From: Candidatus Hydrogenedentota bacterium
GTDB lineage: Bacteria > Hydrogenedentota > Hydrogenedentia > Hydrogenedentales > SLHB01
NCBI GenBank assembly: GCA_963745075.1
Contig: CAVUWV010000008.1
Location: 480,001-544,000, forward strand
DNA length: 64,000 nucleotides
Direction of reading: 5' to 3'
The notes under the pieces were generated by a model, which saw nothing but the letters and a program-made list of their open reading frames with translations, had not been told where the DNA came from and did not search any database. Made by a program: the position numbers and the translations under genes. Positions within the stretch are counted from its first letter, which is position 1. Each line of letters opens with the position of its first letter. Of the stretch, positions 41,050-50,851 are shown in pieces.

Positions 41050-42738
41050 ATGAATATTCTGGGTATCGGCGGATACTCGCACGATACATCCGCGGTGTTG
41101 GTATGCGATGGGCAACTGGTCGCGGGCGTTGCCGAGGAACGGCTCACGCGCAGAAAGCACCAGGGGCTGGTGCCGCGCTACGCGGTCCAATGGTGCCTGG
41201 AAGAAGCGGGCCTGACGCGGGACGACATCGATCACATCTGCTGCTACATGCGCCCGGGACTGCGAATTGGGCGGCGCGTGCCGTACCGCATGTCCACGTT
41301 TCTTCGGGTGCCGTATTATGCGTCCGCGTTCATTGGGTATGAATTCGTTCACAACGCCAACTACATCATCGGCATGCGTAGCCTGCTCGGCAAGAAGGCG
41401 CGGCTCCATTTCATGGAACATCACCCCGCGCACGCGGCGTCCGCGTTTCTGGTGAGTCCCTTCGACGAAGCGGCGCTGCTGACCCTTGACTACATGGGGG
41501 AATGGGCCGTGACCTGGAGCGGGGTCGGTCGCGGTACCAAGATGGAATACATCCAGTCCGAGAACTATCCCCATTCCCTGGGCGTCTTCTACACGGCCAT
41601 GACCGCGTACCTCGGGTTCATGCGCGCCAGCGACGAGTACAAAGTCATGGGGTTGGCGTCGTACGGCGAGCCGGAATACGCGGATGAGTTCCGCAGCATG
41701 TTCCGCTTGTTGCCGGGCGGGCGGTACAAGCTCGACTTGAGCTGGTTCCAATGCCACTACATGCCGGGTTCGCGGGTGGGGTACGTGTCGCCGAAATTCG
41801 AGAAACGGTTCGGCCCCACGCGCAAGAAGGGTGAACCCATCGAAACGCGCCACCAAAACATCGCCGCGTCCGCGCAGTTGGCCCTCGAGGAAGTCGCGCT
41901 GCATATCGCGGAGGACCTGCACAAACGCACCGGTCTGCGCCGGTTGTCCATGGCGGGAGGCGTTGCACTTAATTGCGCCATGAACGGCCGGTTGTTGCGC
42001 GACTCGCCGTTCGAGGAGATCTACGTGCAGCCCGCCTCCGGCGACGACGGTACAGGTCTCGGCGGCGCGTTTATGCTGCACCACGAACTCACCGGCAACG
42101 GTCGATCCTTCGTGATGAACGACGCGCGCATCGGCCCGTCCTTTGAGAGCGCTGACATCAAGGTGTTTCTCGACTTGGCGAAGATCCCGTACGAGACCCC
42201 GGAAAGCATCGTCGAACGCACGGCGGAACTGCTGGCCGAGGGCAACATCGTGGGCTGGTTCCAGGGGCGCGAAGAGTTTGGCCCGCGTGCGCTGGGGTCC
42301 CGCAGCATCCTGGCCGATCCCACGCGCCCGGACATGAAAGACCTCATCAACAAATACGTGAAGCATCGCGAAGAATTTCGCCCCTTCGCGCCCAGTTGTC
42401 TGGAAGAGCGTGCGCCCGAGTACTTCGAGGGGTGTTCGTGGTCGCCGTTCATGCTCTTTGTCTATCCCGTAAAACCGGCCATGCGCGAGAAGATCCCCGC
42501 AGTGACGCACGTGGACGGCACGGCGCGCGTCCAGACGGTATCGAAGGAAACGCATCCCCAGTACTACGCGCTGATCGAGGCGTTCGAGCGCCGTCGCGGC
42601 GTGCCCATGGTGTTAAACACGTCGTTCAACGTGATGGGCGAGCCTATTGTGAATTCGCCCGCCGACGCGATCCGCTGTTTCTACAGCACCGGGTTGGACG
42701 CCTTGGCCATCGGGGATTTCGTGGTGCTCAAGCGGTGA
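41050..42738 (+). CDS. Carbamoyltransferase (NodU/CmcH/TobZ family)
   Basis: HDTSA, EERLTRRKH, HHPAHAASAF, EYKVMGLASYG, GGVALNC, EFGPRALGSRS, FRPFAPS and LNTSFN. Confidence 0.95.
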   Translation: MNILGIGGYSHDTSAVLVCDGQLVAGVAEERLTRRKHQGLVPRYAVQWCLEEAGLTRDDIDHICCYMRPGLRIGRRVPYRMSTFLRVPYYASAFIGYEFVHNANYIIGMRSLLGKKARLHFMEHHPAHAASAFLVSPFDEAALLTLDYMGEWAVTWSGVGRGTKMEYIQSENYPHSLGVFYTAMTAYLGFMRASDEYKVMGLASYGEPEYADEFRSMFRLLPGGRYKLDLSWFQCHYMPGSRVGYVSPKFEKRFGPTRKKGEPIETRHQNIAASAQLALEEVALHIAEDLHKRTGLRRLSMAGGVALNCAMNGRLLRDSPFEEIYVQPASGDDGTGLGGAFMLHHELTGNGRSFVMNDARIGPSFESADIKVFLDLAKIPYETPESIVERTAELLAEGNIVGWFQGREEFGPRALGSRSILADPTRPDMKDLINKYVKHREEFRPFAPSCLEERAPEYFEGCSWSPFMLFVYPVKPAMREKIPAVTHVDGTARVQTVSKETHPQYYALIEAFERRRGVPMVLNTSFNVMGEPIVNSPADAIRCFYSTGLDALAIGDFVVLKR

Positions 42739-43853
42739 ACGTTGTCATCCCGACAGTGGATTATCCGCCCATTGAAGGCGGGATCGGATCGCTCACCGTC
42801 CACGTTTCCCGCGAATTGGCCGCGGCGGGGCATCACGTAACGATCATCGCGCCCTATTTTCCCAATCAGGAGACCTTCGACGCCGCCGAGCCCGTGGAGG
42901 TCGTGCGTTACGGCGGCTATCGTCTGGGATGGTTTCGCATCGTGCCGCTGGCATGGCGGTCCTGGCGCATCCTACGCAGAGCCGATCTGGTTCTGGGCGT
43001 GAATATCGCCTACGGCGGGTTGTTGGCGCTGCTGTTTGGCTGTCGATACGTGACCTTCGCGTATGCGTACGAATTCCTGAAATTCTCGCCGCGGTCCGTG
43101 CCGGGGCGGCTGCTGCGGCGCGCGTACAACCGCGCCAAGGTGGTCGTCGCGATCAGTCAGTTCACGCGGGTCAAACTCGTGGAATACGGCGTTAGTCCGA
43201 ATCGGGTTCGCGTAATCCATCCCGGAGCGAACCCGGCGGTGATCCGATCCGCGAACGAACTGGATGCGTTGCAACGGCGATATCTGCTCGAGGGCAAACG
43301 CGTTATTCTCGCGGTGGGTCGACTCATCGAACGCAAAGGCCATCGGACGCTGATTGCAGCCCTGCCGGGCATACTGGAAAAAGTCCCTGACGCTCATCTG
43401 GTGATCGTTGGGCAAGGACCGATGATGAGCGCCTGCTCACGATTGGCGCAAGAGTTGGGGATTCGGGATCACGTAACCTTCGCAGGGCGGCTGGACGATG
43501 ATGATGTGTCCGGGCTGTACCAACTCTGCGACGTGTTTGCGTTGCCGGCCGGGCAAGGCGAAGGCGGACAGGTCGAAGGGTTTGGATTGGTCTTTGCAGA
43601 AGCCCATGCGTACGGGAAGCCCGTCGTGGCCGGACGATCCGGCGGCATGGTGGATGCCGTCGTCGACGGCGAAACGGGGCTCTTGGTCGAGCCCGGCAAT
43701 CCCGAAGCGGTGGCCGATGCGGTGACGACGATTCTGCACGACGCCGATTTGGCGAAGCGTTTGGGTGAAAACGGCCGGAAACGGGTGGAATCGGAATTGA
43801 ATTGGACGGCATTTACGCGGGCGCTGCTTGCCACCGTCGAGGAGCGGTCATGA
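42735..43853 (+). CDS. Glycosyltransferase family 4
   Basis: DYPPIEGGI, VGRLIERKG and EGFGLVFAEA...KPVV; GTGA overlap with the upstream gene. Confidence 0.92.
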   Translation: MNVVIPTVDYPPIEGGIGSLTVHVSRELAAAGHHVTIIAPYFPNQETFDAAEPVEVVRYGGYRLGWFRIVPLAWRSWRILRRADLVLGVNIAYGGLLALLFGCRYVTFAYAYEFLKFSPRSVPGRLLRRAYNRAKVVVAISQFTRVKLVEYGVSPNRVRVIHPGANPAVIRSANELDALQRRYLLEGKRVILAVGRLIERKGHRTLIAALPGILEKVPDAHLVIVGQGPMMSACSRLAQELGIRDHVTFAGRLDDDDVSGLYQLCDVFALPAGQGEGGQVEGFGLVFAEAHAYGKPVVAGRSGGMVDAVVDGETGLLVEPGNPEAVADAVTTILHDADLAKRLGENGRKRVESELNWTAFTRALLATVEERS

Positions 43854-45013
43854 ACCGCATCCGCGTCGCTCACGTAATCACGCGGCTCTGCAAAGGCGGG
43901 GCCCAGGAAAACACGGTCAGCACGGTGCGCTTGGCCAATCGCGACCGGTTCCAGGTCGACCTGATCAGCGGCCCGACCTACGGGAGCGAAGGAAGTATCG
44001 AAGACGCCGTCGCCGCCGCGGGGATTGAAATCGTCCGTATCCCCGAGTTGGTGCGGAATCTCGACCCCTGGCGCGACTTTCGGGCGTACCGCCACCTCAA
44101 ACGGCTCTTTCGCGAGAAGCGCTACCATATCGTGCACACCCACACCTCGAAGGCGGGGTATCTGGGCCGGCTCGCGGCGGCGCATGCGGGCGTCCCGATC
44201 GTCGTGCATACCCCTCACGGCCACATTTTTTTCGGGTACTTCCGCTCGGGGCTGACCGCCTTCTTCACGCGTCTCGAACGCCATGCCGCGCGCAAAACAG
44301 ACCGACTTATCGCGCTGACACACCGGGGTATTGAAGAACATCTTGTACGAGGCGTCGGCCGGCCTGAACAGTGGGAGGCGATCTTCAGCGGAATCGATTT
44401 GTCACCGTACGCGCAGGCCATCGCCCGGCGGGACGATACGCGTGACTTGCTCGGGATTGGCGCAGGCGATCTTCTTGTGGGCGCGGTGGGTCGTCTTGAA
44501 CCCGTGAAGGGATTCGCGTATTTTGTCGAGGCCGCGCGCAGGGTGGCCGGGAACGCGCCGGAAACCCGATTCATACTCGTGGGCGACGGCTCCCTGTCCG
44601 GCGAGTTGCAATCGCGGGTCGCGGACTTGGGCGACCGATTTCAGTTCTTGGGGTTGCGTCACGACGTTCCCGATCTCATGGCGGCGATGGATGTATGCGT
44701 TGTGCCGTCACTCAACGAGGGAATGGGGCGCGTCCTCCTCGAGGCCGGGGCTGCCGGCGCGCCGGTAGTTGCCAGCAACGTCGGCGGCATCCCTGAGATT
44801 CTTCGCGATGGCGATACCGGAATCCTGGTAGCCCCGCGCGACGCGAAAGGCATCGCCGATGAGATTCTGACGCTACGCGACGATTCCGCGTTACGCCAAC
44901 GCATGAGCGAAATGGCGCAGCGTGTCAGCGGCGATTACAGTATCGAGCATATGGTAGAGCGTATCGAAGCCGTGTACGAAACGTTGATCGAGGAGAAGGG
45001 TCTTGACGCCTGA
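43850..45013 (+). CDS. Glycosyltransferase family 4
   Basis: HVITRL..GGAQ, HTHTSKAG, GRLEPVKG and EGMGRVLLEA; ATGA overlap. Confidence 0.92.
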   Translation: MNRIRVAHVITRLCKGGAQENTVSTVRLANRDRFQVDLISGPTYGSEGSIEDAVAAAGIEIVRIPELVRNLDPWRDFRAYRHLKRLFREKRYHIVHTHTSKAGYLGRLAAAHAGVPIVVHTPHGHIFFGYFRSGLTAFFTRLERHAARKTDRLIALTHRGIEEHLVRGVGRPEQWEAIFSGIDLSPYAQAIARRDDTRDLLGIGAGDLLVGAVGRLEPVKGFAYFVEAARRVAGNAPETRFILVGDGSLSGELQSRVADLGDRFQFLGLRHDVPDLMAAMDVCVVPSLNEGMGRVLLEAGAAGAPVVASNVGGIPEILRDGDTGILVAPRDAKGIADEILTLRDDSALRQRMSEMAQRVSGDYSIEHMVERIEAVYETLIEEKGLDA

Positions 45014-45725
45014 AGATGCGTTCCTGTCCAAACAGCGGATGCTGGTCATCGCGCCGCACGCCGACGATGAATGCTTCGGATGTGCCGGCACGATGGCGCG
45101 CATCAAGCATCTCGGCGGCGAAGTCTATTGCATCGTGTGTTCCGTGGGCGATCTGAAGCACTACGACGGCAAGACCGAAAAAGTCTCGGGGTCGACGCGC
45201 GAAGAAGAGCTGACCAACGTCATGAAGTACCTCCAGGTGGACGACTGGGAGGTCTTGTACCGCGACGAGCAGTCGCACCTGCGGCTGGACGCAATTCCCC
45301 GGCGGGACCTGGTGTCCCAGTTCGAGCGTGACTGTAAGCTGGCGCTGGACAAAGTCAAGCCCACCATGCTGGCCCTGCCGGTATCCTCGTACAACCAGGA
45401 CCACGAAGCGGTGTTTCGCGCGGCGTGGACCGCATGCCGGCCCGGCGTGCCGTCCATCAAATCCTTTCAGCCCATCGTATTGGGCTATGACAACACGTCG
45501 TTATTCTGGAGTTTGGAACGCGAGAAGTTTCACCCGAATTTTTACGTCGATATCACCGATTTCCTGGAAAACAAGCTGACCGCGTTGTCGATGCACAAAT
45601 CACAGATGCGGGACGCCATTCATCATTCCAGCGTGCAGAACGTCGAATACATTTCCCGCGTGCGCGGCCGCGAGGTTTCCGTCGAGGCCGCGGAGGGGTA
45701 TATGGTCTTCCGGCACGTGCTGTAG
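45003..45725 (+). CDS. PIG-L/LmbE family N-deacetylase
   Basis: APHADDECFGC, REEE, NQDH, YVDIT...K..AL..HKSQ and AEGY. Confidence 0.9.
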   Translation: MTPEDAFLSKQRMLVIAPHADDECFGCAGTMARIKHLGGEVYCIVCSVGDLKHYDGKTEKVSGSTREEELTNVMKYLQVDDWEVLYRDEQSHLRLDAIPRRDLVSQFERDCKLALDKVKPTMLALPVSSYNQDHEAVFRAAWTACRPGVPSIKSFQPIVLGYDNTSLFWSLEREKFHPNFYVDITDFLENKLTALSMHKSQMRDAIHHSSVQNVEYISRVRGREVSVEAAEGYMVFRHVL

Positions 45726-45790
45726 GAACTCGGACAGATTCAGTACGTGCGCATGCGCGGATTAGTTAGAAGAAGGACGAAAACACTGCA

Positions 45791-46834
45791 ATGAACAGCG
45801 AAACACTGATAATAGGTCTGCCGGCGGGGTCTTTGGCCGATCCGAATCGTGGCGGCAGCTTGATTGAACTCTTGAAGAACGCGGGTTTCCCGACGCGCGG
45901 CTACGACAAGGGCGGCCCCAGTTCGTTTCCCATCACGTCCTTTCTGGTGGGGTGGGACGGCCGGCCCCAGGAGTTCGGCTCGCAGCTCGCCGTGGGCGAG
46001 GTGGACGTCGCCATCGGTGGGGACGATTGGGTGCGCGAGCGCATGCTCGAGTTCAAGTACGAATACAAGGAGACCATCGAACTGAAGAAAGTCCTGTCTC
46101 TCGAACGCGGCTCAGTACGTATCGTGATCATCGCAAACGGCGTATCGGGAACCTGCGACGATTGGCTCAAGGGTTTGCTGTCCAAGAAGAAGCTGGTGAC
46201 GATGGTGTCCGAAATGCCCTACATCGCCCTGGAATGGTTTCAGGCAAAGGCGAAAGCCCTCGGCTTTGGCGAGTCGCACGGCAAATTCTCGGTACAGAAA
46301 TTCAAGACGCCGCCGCGCATCGATTCCGGCATCGTGATCTACGAAACCTGGGGGAAAACCGAAGCGAAGGTGACCAACGGCTCCGTGGATTTCGGCCTCG
46401 AGATCACCCAGACCGGCAGCGCCATCGCCAATTACGGTTTGCAAATCGTCGACGAAATTATGCCGTCGGAGGCGGGCATCTGGGTGAACCCGGCCATTTG
46501 CGACAATCCGGCCAAATACGACCTCGCGCGCATGTTCGTACTGAACCTCTACGGGTCCATTTTCGCCGAGAACAAGGTGTTGTTGGTGTTCAATGGTCGC
46601 ACGGCGGACGTTCCAAAGTTGATGGAGTACCTGCGGCATAATCGGTTATTCGGCGACGAGCCGACCATCAAGGAAGGGACGAACTTCACCGAGTTCACGA
46701 TCAAGCTCGATACCACGAACAAGGCACTACCGCTGGCCAAGGCGCGCTACGAACTGGCCAAACTGGGCGCGACCCATCTCGAGACGATTCCGCTGGATTC
46801 ATCCATCCCGGGGATGGATGTACTCGACTTCTGA
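45791..46834 (+). CDS. hisG: Divergent long-form ATP phosphoribosyltransferase
   Basis: GLPAGSL, RPQE...GEVDVAIGGDDW, WGKTEAK and EITQTGS (PRPP loop), plus a C-terminal ACT-like domain. Confidence 0.75.
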   Translation: MNSETLIIGLPAGSLADPNRGGSLIELLKNAGFPTRGYDKGGPSSFPITSFLVGWDGRPQEFGSQLAVGEVDVAIGGDDWVRERMLEFKYEYKETIELKKVLSLERGSVRIVIIANGVSGTCDDWLKGLLSKKKLVTMVSEMPYIALEWFQAKAKALGFGESHGKFSVQKFKTPPRIDSGIVIYETWGKTEAKVTNGSVDFGLEITQTGSAIANYGLQIVDEIMPSEAGIWVNPAICDNPAKYDLARMFVLNLYGSIFAENKVLLVFNGRTADVPKLMEYLRHNRLFGDEPTIKEGTNFTEFTIKLDTTNKALPLAKARYELAKLGATHLETIPLDSSIPGMDVLDF

Positions 46835-46840
46835 GCGCAG

Positions 46841-47557
46841 TTACTTGACGATCATGCAACCCGCGATGATGTCGTGCAGGGCCTGCTTTCGTTGGGTGAA
46901 GAAGACGAAGAAGTAGCCCATTCCGCAGAACATTCCCGAGATAATTTTCGAGAAGTGCCTCACGGTCGCCCGCGCGAACGTAATCCCGTCCCCCGTGAGA
47001 TCCGTAACGGCGAGTCCCAACGCGCGCTTGCCGAAGGTGGCGCCGTAACTGCTGCTTTCCTGAAACGCGAAATACAGCCACTGAGTTCCGACCAAAATAG
47101 CCAGCATCACCATCCCTGCGGCGAATTCGGCGGATTCGTTCTGGGGCTCTCCTATGAACGACGCGGCAATGAGCTGGAGAATTCCCATAATCGGTATCAG
47201 AATGATGAAATCGATGATCATCGCCGCTAACCGGGCGAAGAATCCGCCATTCTCAAAGGAGTCGTCGACAGCTACCCGACCCGTCACTATGGGTTGCGCC
47301 ATCGGCAATGGATCCATAGGGCTCGAATACGCCGAAGGAGCAGCTTCGGGCTGCGGCGGCGGTGGTGGAGGCGCGTTAACGAACTGGTCCTTGACCGCAC
47401 CGGCCTTTTGCCAGTTCTCCATGTGCGGGGCCCAGACGAGGTCCGTATCGTGGAGGTCCCCCTGGGCGTACATCTGGGCTAGGACTTGGGCCGTGACGGG
47501 CCCGAATTTCTGACGAGACTGTGCGTAAAACCATTGCTTGTCGGAGTTTGCAGGCAC
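46841..47557 (-). CDS. GYF_2 (DUF4339) plus RDD family membrane protein
   Basis: WFY...FGPV...LVWAPHMENW, a Pro-rich linker, GFFARLAAMIID, ATFGKR and QALHDIIAG. Confidence 0.9.
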   Translation of the reverse strand: MPANSDKQWFYAQSRQKFGPVTAQVLAQMYAQGDLHDTDLVWAPHMENWQKAGAVKDQFVNAPPPPPPQPEAAPSAYSSPMDPLPMAQPIVTGRVAVDDSFENGGFFARLAAMIIDFIILIPIMGILQLIAASFIGEPQNESAEFAAGMVMLAILVGTQWLYFAFQESSSYGATFGKRALGLAVTDLTGDGITFARATVRHFSKIISGMFCGMGYFFVFFTQRKQALHDIIAGCMIVK

Positions 47558-47891
47558 GATAGGAGCCTCCGTTCAAGGTCGGTAATGCGGTGGTGTTTCC
47601 CTCTCTTCAATGAATCCCCAATGCATCTTATACCAGAACCCATTGGGGCGCAATAGGAAAGAAGGGCAGAACCCCGGAAGTTGGACCAACAGGAGTCGCA
47701 TGCAAATTGCATTCAACGCCGATAATTTGCTATGCTCCTTTGGTTTGGGCGACGCAGCCTGCTTTCCGCCCGCGCGATCCCTCGCAAGCCGGGGAGTATT
47801 GTGCGGCCTGTTCCGAGTACCGATCCGGGAAGCGATCATGCTGTGTCTCAGGAAGTTACACTTTCCACGAACTTGCGCCGAGGATTGAATT

Positions 47892-48344
47892 GTGGTCGAG
47901 CGGACCTTTGTGATGATTAAGCCCGACGCGGTTGGCCGGCGGCTGTGCGGCGAGATCATTCGCCGCTACGAAGCCAAGGGCCTTCAGTTGGTCGGGATGA
48001 AGATGCAGATCGTTTCGCGCGAATTGGCGGAAAAGCATTATGCCGAACACGTCGGCAAAGGGTTCTACGAGAGCCTCCTGGCCTTCATTACGTCGGGGCC
48101 GACCATTCAGATGGTCTGGGAAGGCGAGAACGCGGTGGCCGCAGGGCGCAAGCTCAACGGCGCGACCAACAGCCAGGAAGCGGACCTCGGAACCATCCGC
48201 GGCGATTTCGGCATGACGGTGCAGAACAATCTGGTCCACGCCTCCGACTCCGTGGATACGGCGCAGCGCGAAATCGCGATCTATTTCGATGAAAACGAAT
48301 TGTGGAACTATTCCATGCCCGACGGGCAATGGTTGGTGAATTAG
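47892..48344 (+). CDS. ndk: Nucleoside diphosphate kinase
   Basis: ERTFVMIKPD, GTIRGDF and NLVHASDS. Confidence 0.97.
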   Translation: MVERTFVMIKPDAVGRRLCGEIIRRYEAKGLQLVGMKMQIVSRELAEKHYAEHVGKGFYESLLAFITSGPTIQMVWEGENAVAAGRKLNGATNSQEADLGTIRGDFGMTVQNNLVHASDSVDTAQREIAIYFDENELWNYSMPDGQWLVN

Positions 48345-48402
48345 GGGCCCGGTCGCGCCCGGCGTGATGGGGGCAAACGTTAACCGGTAAGGAGACCAGT
48401 AC

Positions 48403-48492
48403 ATGGCTGGTGGAAGAAAGGTGCGGCGCGCCAAGATCGCCAAGCACAAGCGCAAGAAGAAGCGCCGCGCAAATCGCCATAAGAACAAGTAA
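48403..48492 (+). CDS. 29-aa basic protein, bS22 / AURKAIP1-COX24 (DUF1713)-like small ribosomal protein
   Basis: SD taaggag. Translates to MAGGRKVRRAKIAKHKRKKKRRANRHKNK*, matching the K[IM]xKHKxKK..RxxRH pattern. Confidence 0.85.
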   Translation: MAGGRKVRRAKIAKHKRKKKRRANRHKNK

Positions 48493-48665
48493 GCGCGTTC
48501 ATCCCTGAACGCACGCGGAGATGCCATGAACGCCGCGTCACCGAATACACGATGTTTCAGAGCGCCCCGGGTCCGGTCTGCGGACGGGCCCGGGAGCCTG
48601 TTTCTTCGTCGTGCCGGCAGCGGCAGAGCACAAGGCGATTCACTCCGCACGAGGAGATTTTGATC

Positions 48666-49112
48666 ATGGGAGACGACGAGCGGAAGATCTTCATCGACGA
48701 AGATTGGAAAGCCCAGGTTCAGCGCGAGAAAGAGCAGGCCCAAACGGCGCCCCAGGAAGCGCCGGAGGCCGACGATGCTCACGGCGACGAGGCGGCCGCG
48801 CCCGACGACGGCAAAGCCACGTTCGGTTCGTTGGTTCAAAGCCTCGCCGCTCAATGTGCCTTTTCGTTGGGGCTTATCGCGCCTCAGGACACCAAACAGG
48901 TGATGGTCAACCTCGATGAAGCGCGGTATTGCATCGACACCATCGTCATGTTGCGTGACAAGACCAAGGGCAATCTGTCCAAAGAAGAGGAAGGCATGGT
49001 GTCGCAGACCCTGTCCGAACTCCAGCAGATTTACGTGGTCCGCGCGCAGCAGGTTCAAGAGGCCACACTGAAACAGGCGGGAATCGATCTGAAGAATCCG
49101 CCGCAGGGTTGA
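48666..49112 (+). CDS. DUF1844 domain protein
   Basis: KIFIDEDWKAQVQREKE and ARYCIDTIVMLRDKTKGNLSKEE; SD gaggag. Confidence 0.85.
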   Translation: MGDDERKIFIDEDWKAQVQREKEQAQTAPQEAPEADDAHGDEAAAPDDGKATFGSLVQSLAAQCAFSLGLIAPQDTKQVMVNLDEARYCIDTIVMLRDKTKGNLSKEEEGMVSQTLSELQQIYVVRAQQVQEATLKQAGIDLKNPPQG

Positions 49113-49231
49113 ACGAAGTCCCGGGCCGTTCGCGACCCGGTCTTATGCGCATGGCGGGGTGATTTTACGGGGTGTCCGATTCTATTCGGGCGGATAGCCC
49201 CCTCCATTTCCGGCTATGTTGGGGAGATTGA

Positions 49232-50524
<1,293 letters not shown>

Positions 50525-50851
50525 CGACAATTGTCCCGAGGGAGGCCAAGTCCGGGGTTCTGTCCCGAGGGGACACAACGCCATACTCCCGCAGTTTATG
50601 TGAAACCACAACGCCATCAGCACTGTCCAAGTAGTGGGAGGACTGTGTATGGACCGCGGGACGCGCGTCCCGTAACGTCTGCTGTATACGTCCTCTATTG
50701 ATTCGATCTTGAGGTTAACGTACACTGACAATTGTGGCGGCGGGAGCGCGAGGGGTTGTGCCTATCGTCCACCCTCGTGAATATCTTGTGCCGAAAGATC
50801 CCGTCCCTGCGCTGACCGTTTGATCCGTTACGCATTTGTTGGGAGGAGACT

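Noticed and set aside
41050..45725. Complete aminoglycoside antibiotic cluster
   Set aside because: The window has no DOI synthase, aminotransferase, dehydrogenase or resistance gene.
50531..50672. Direct repeat tgtcccgaggg (two copies) and the perfect 16-bp palindrome cgggacgcgcgtcccg after purA
   Set aside because: They are short and GC-rich with no U-tract. They could be REP remnants or an operator, but this window alone cannot support that.
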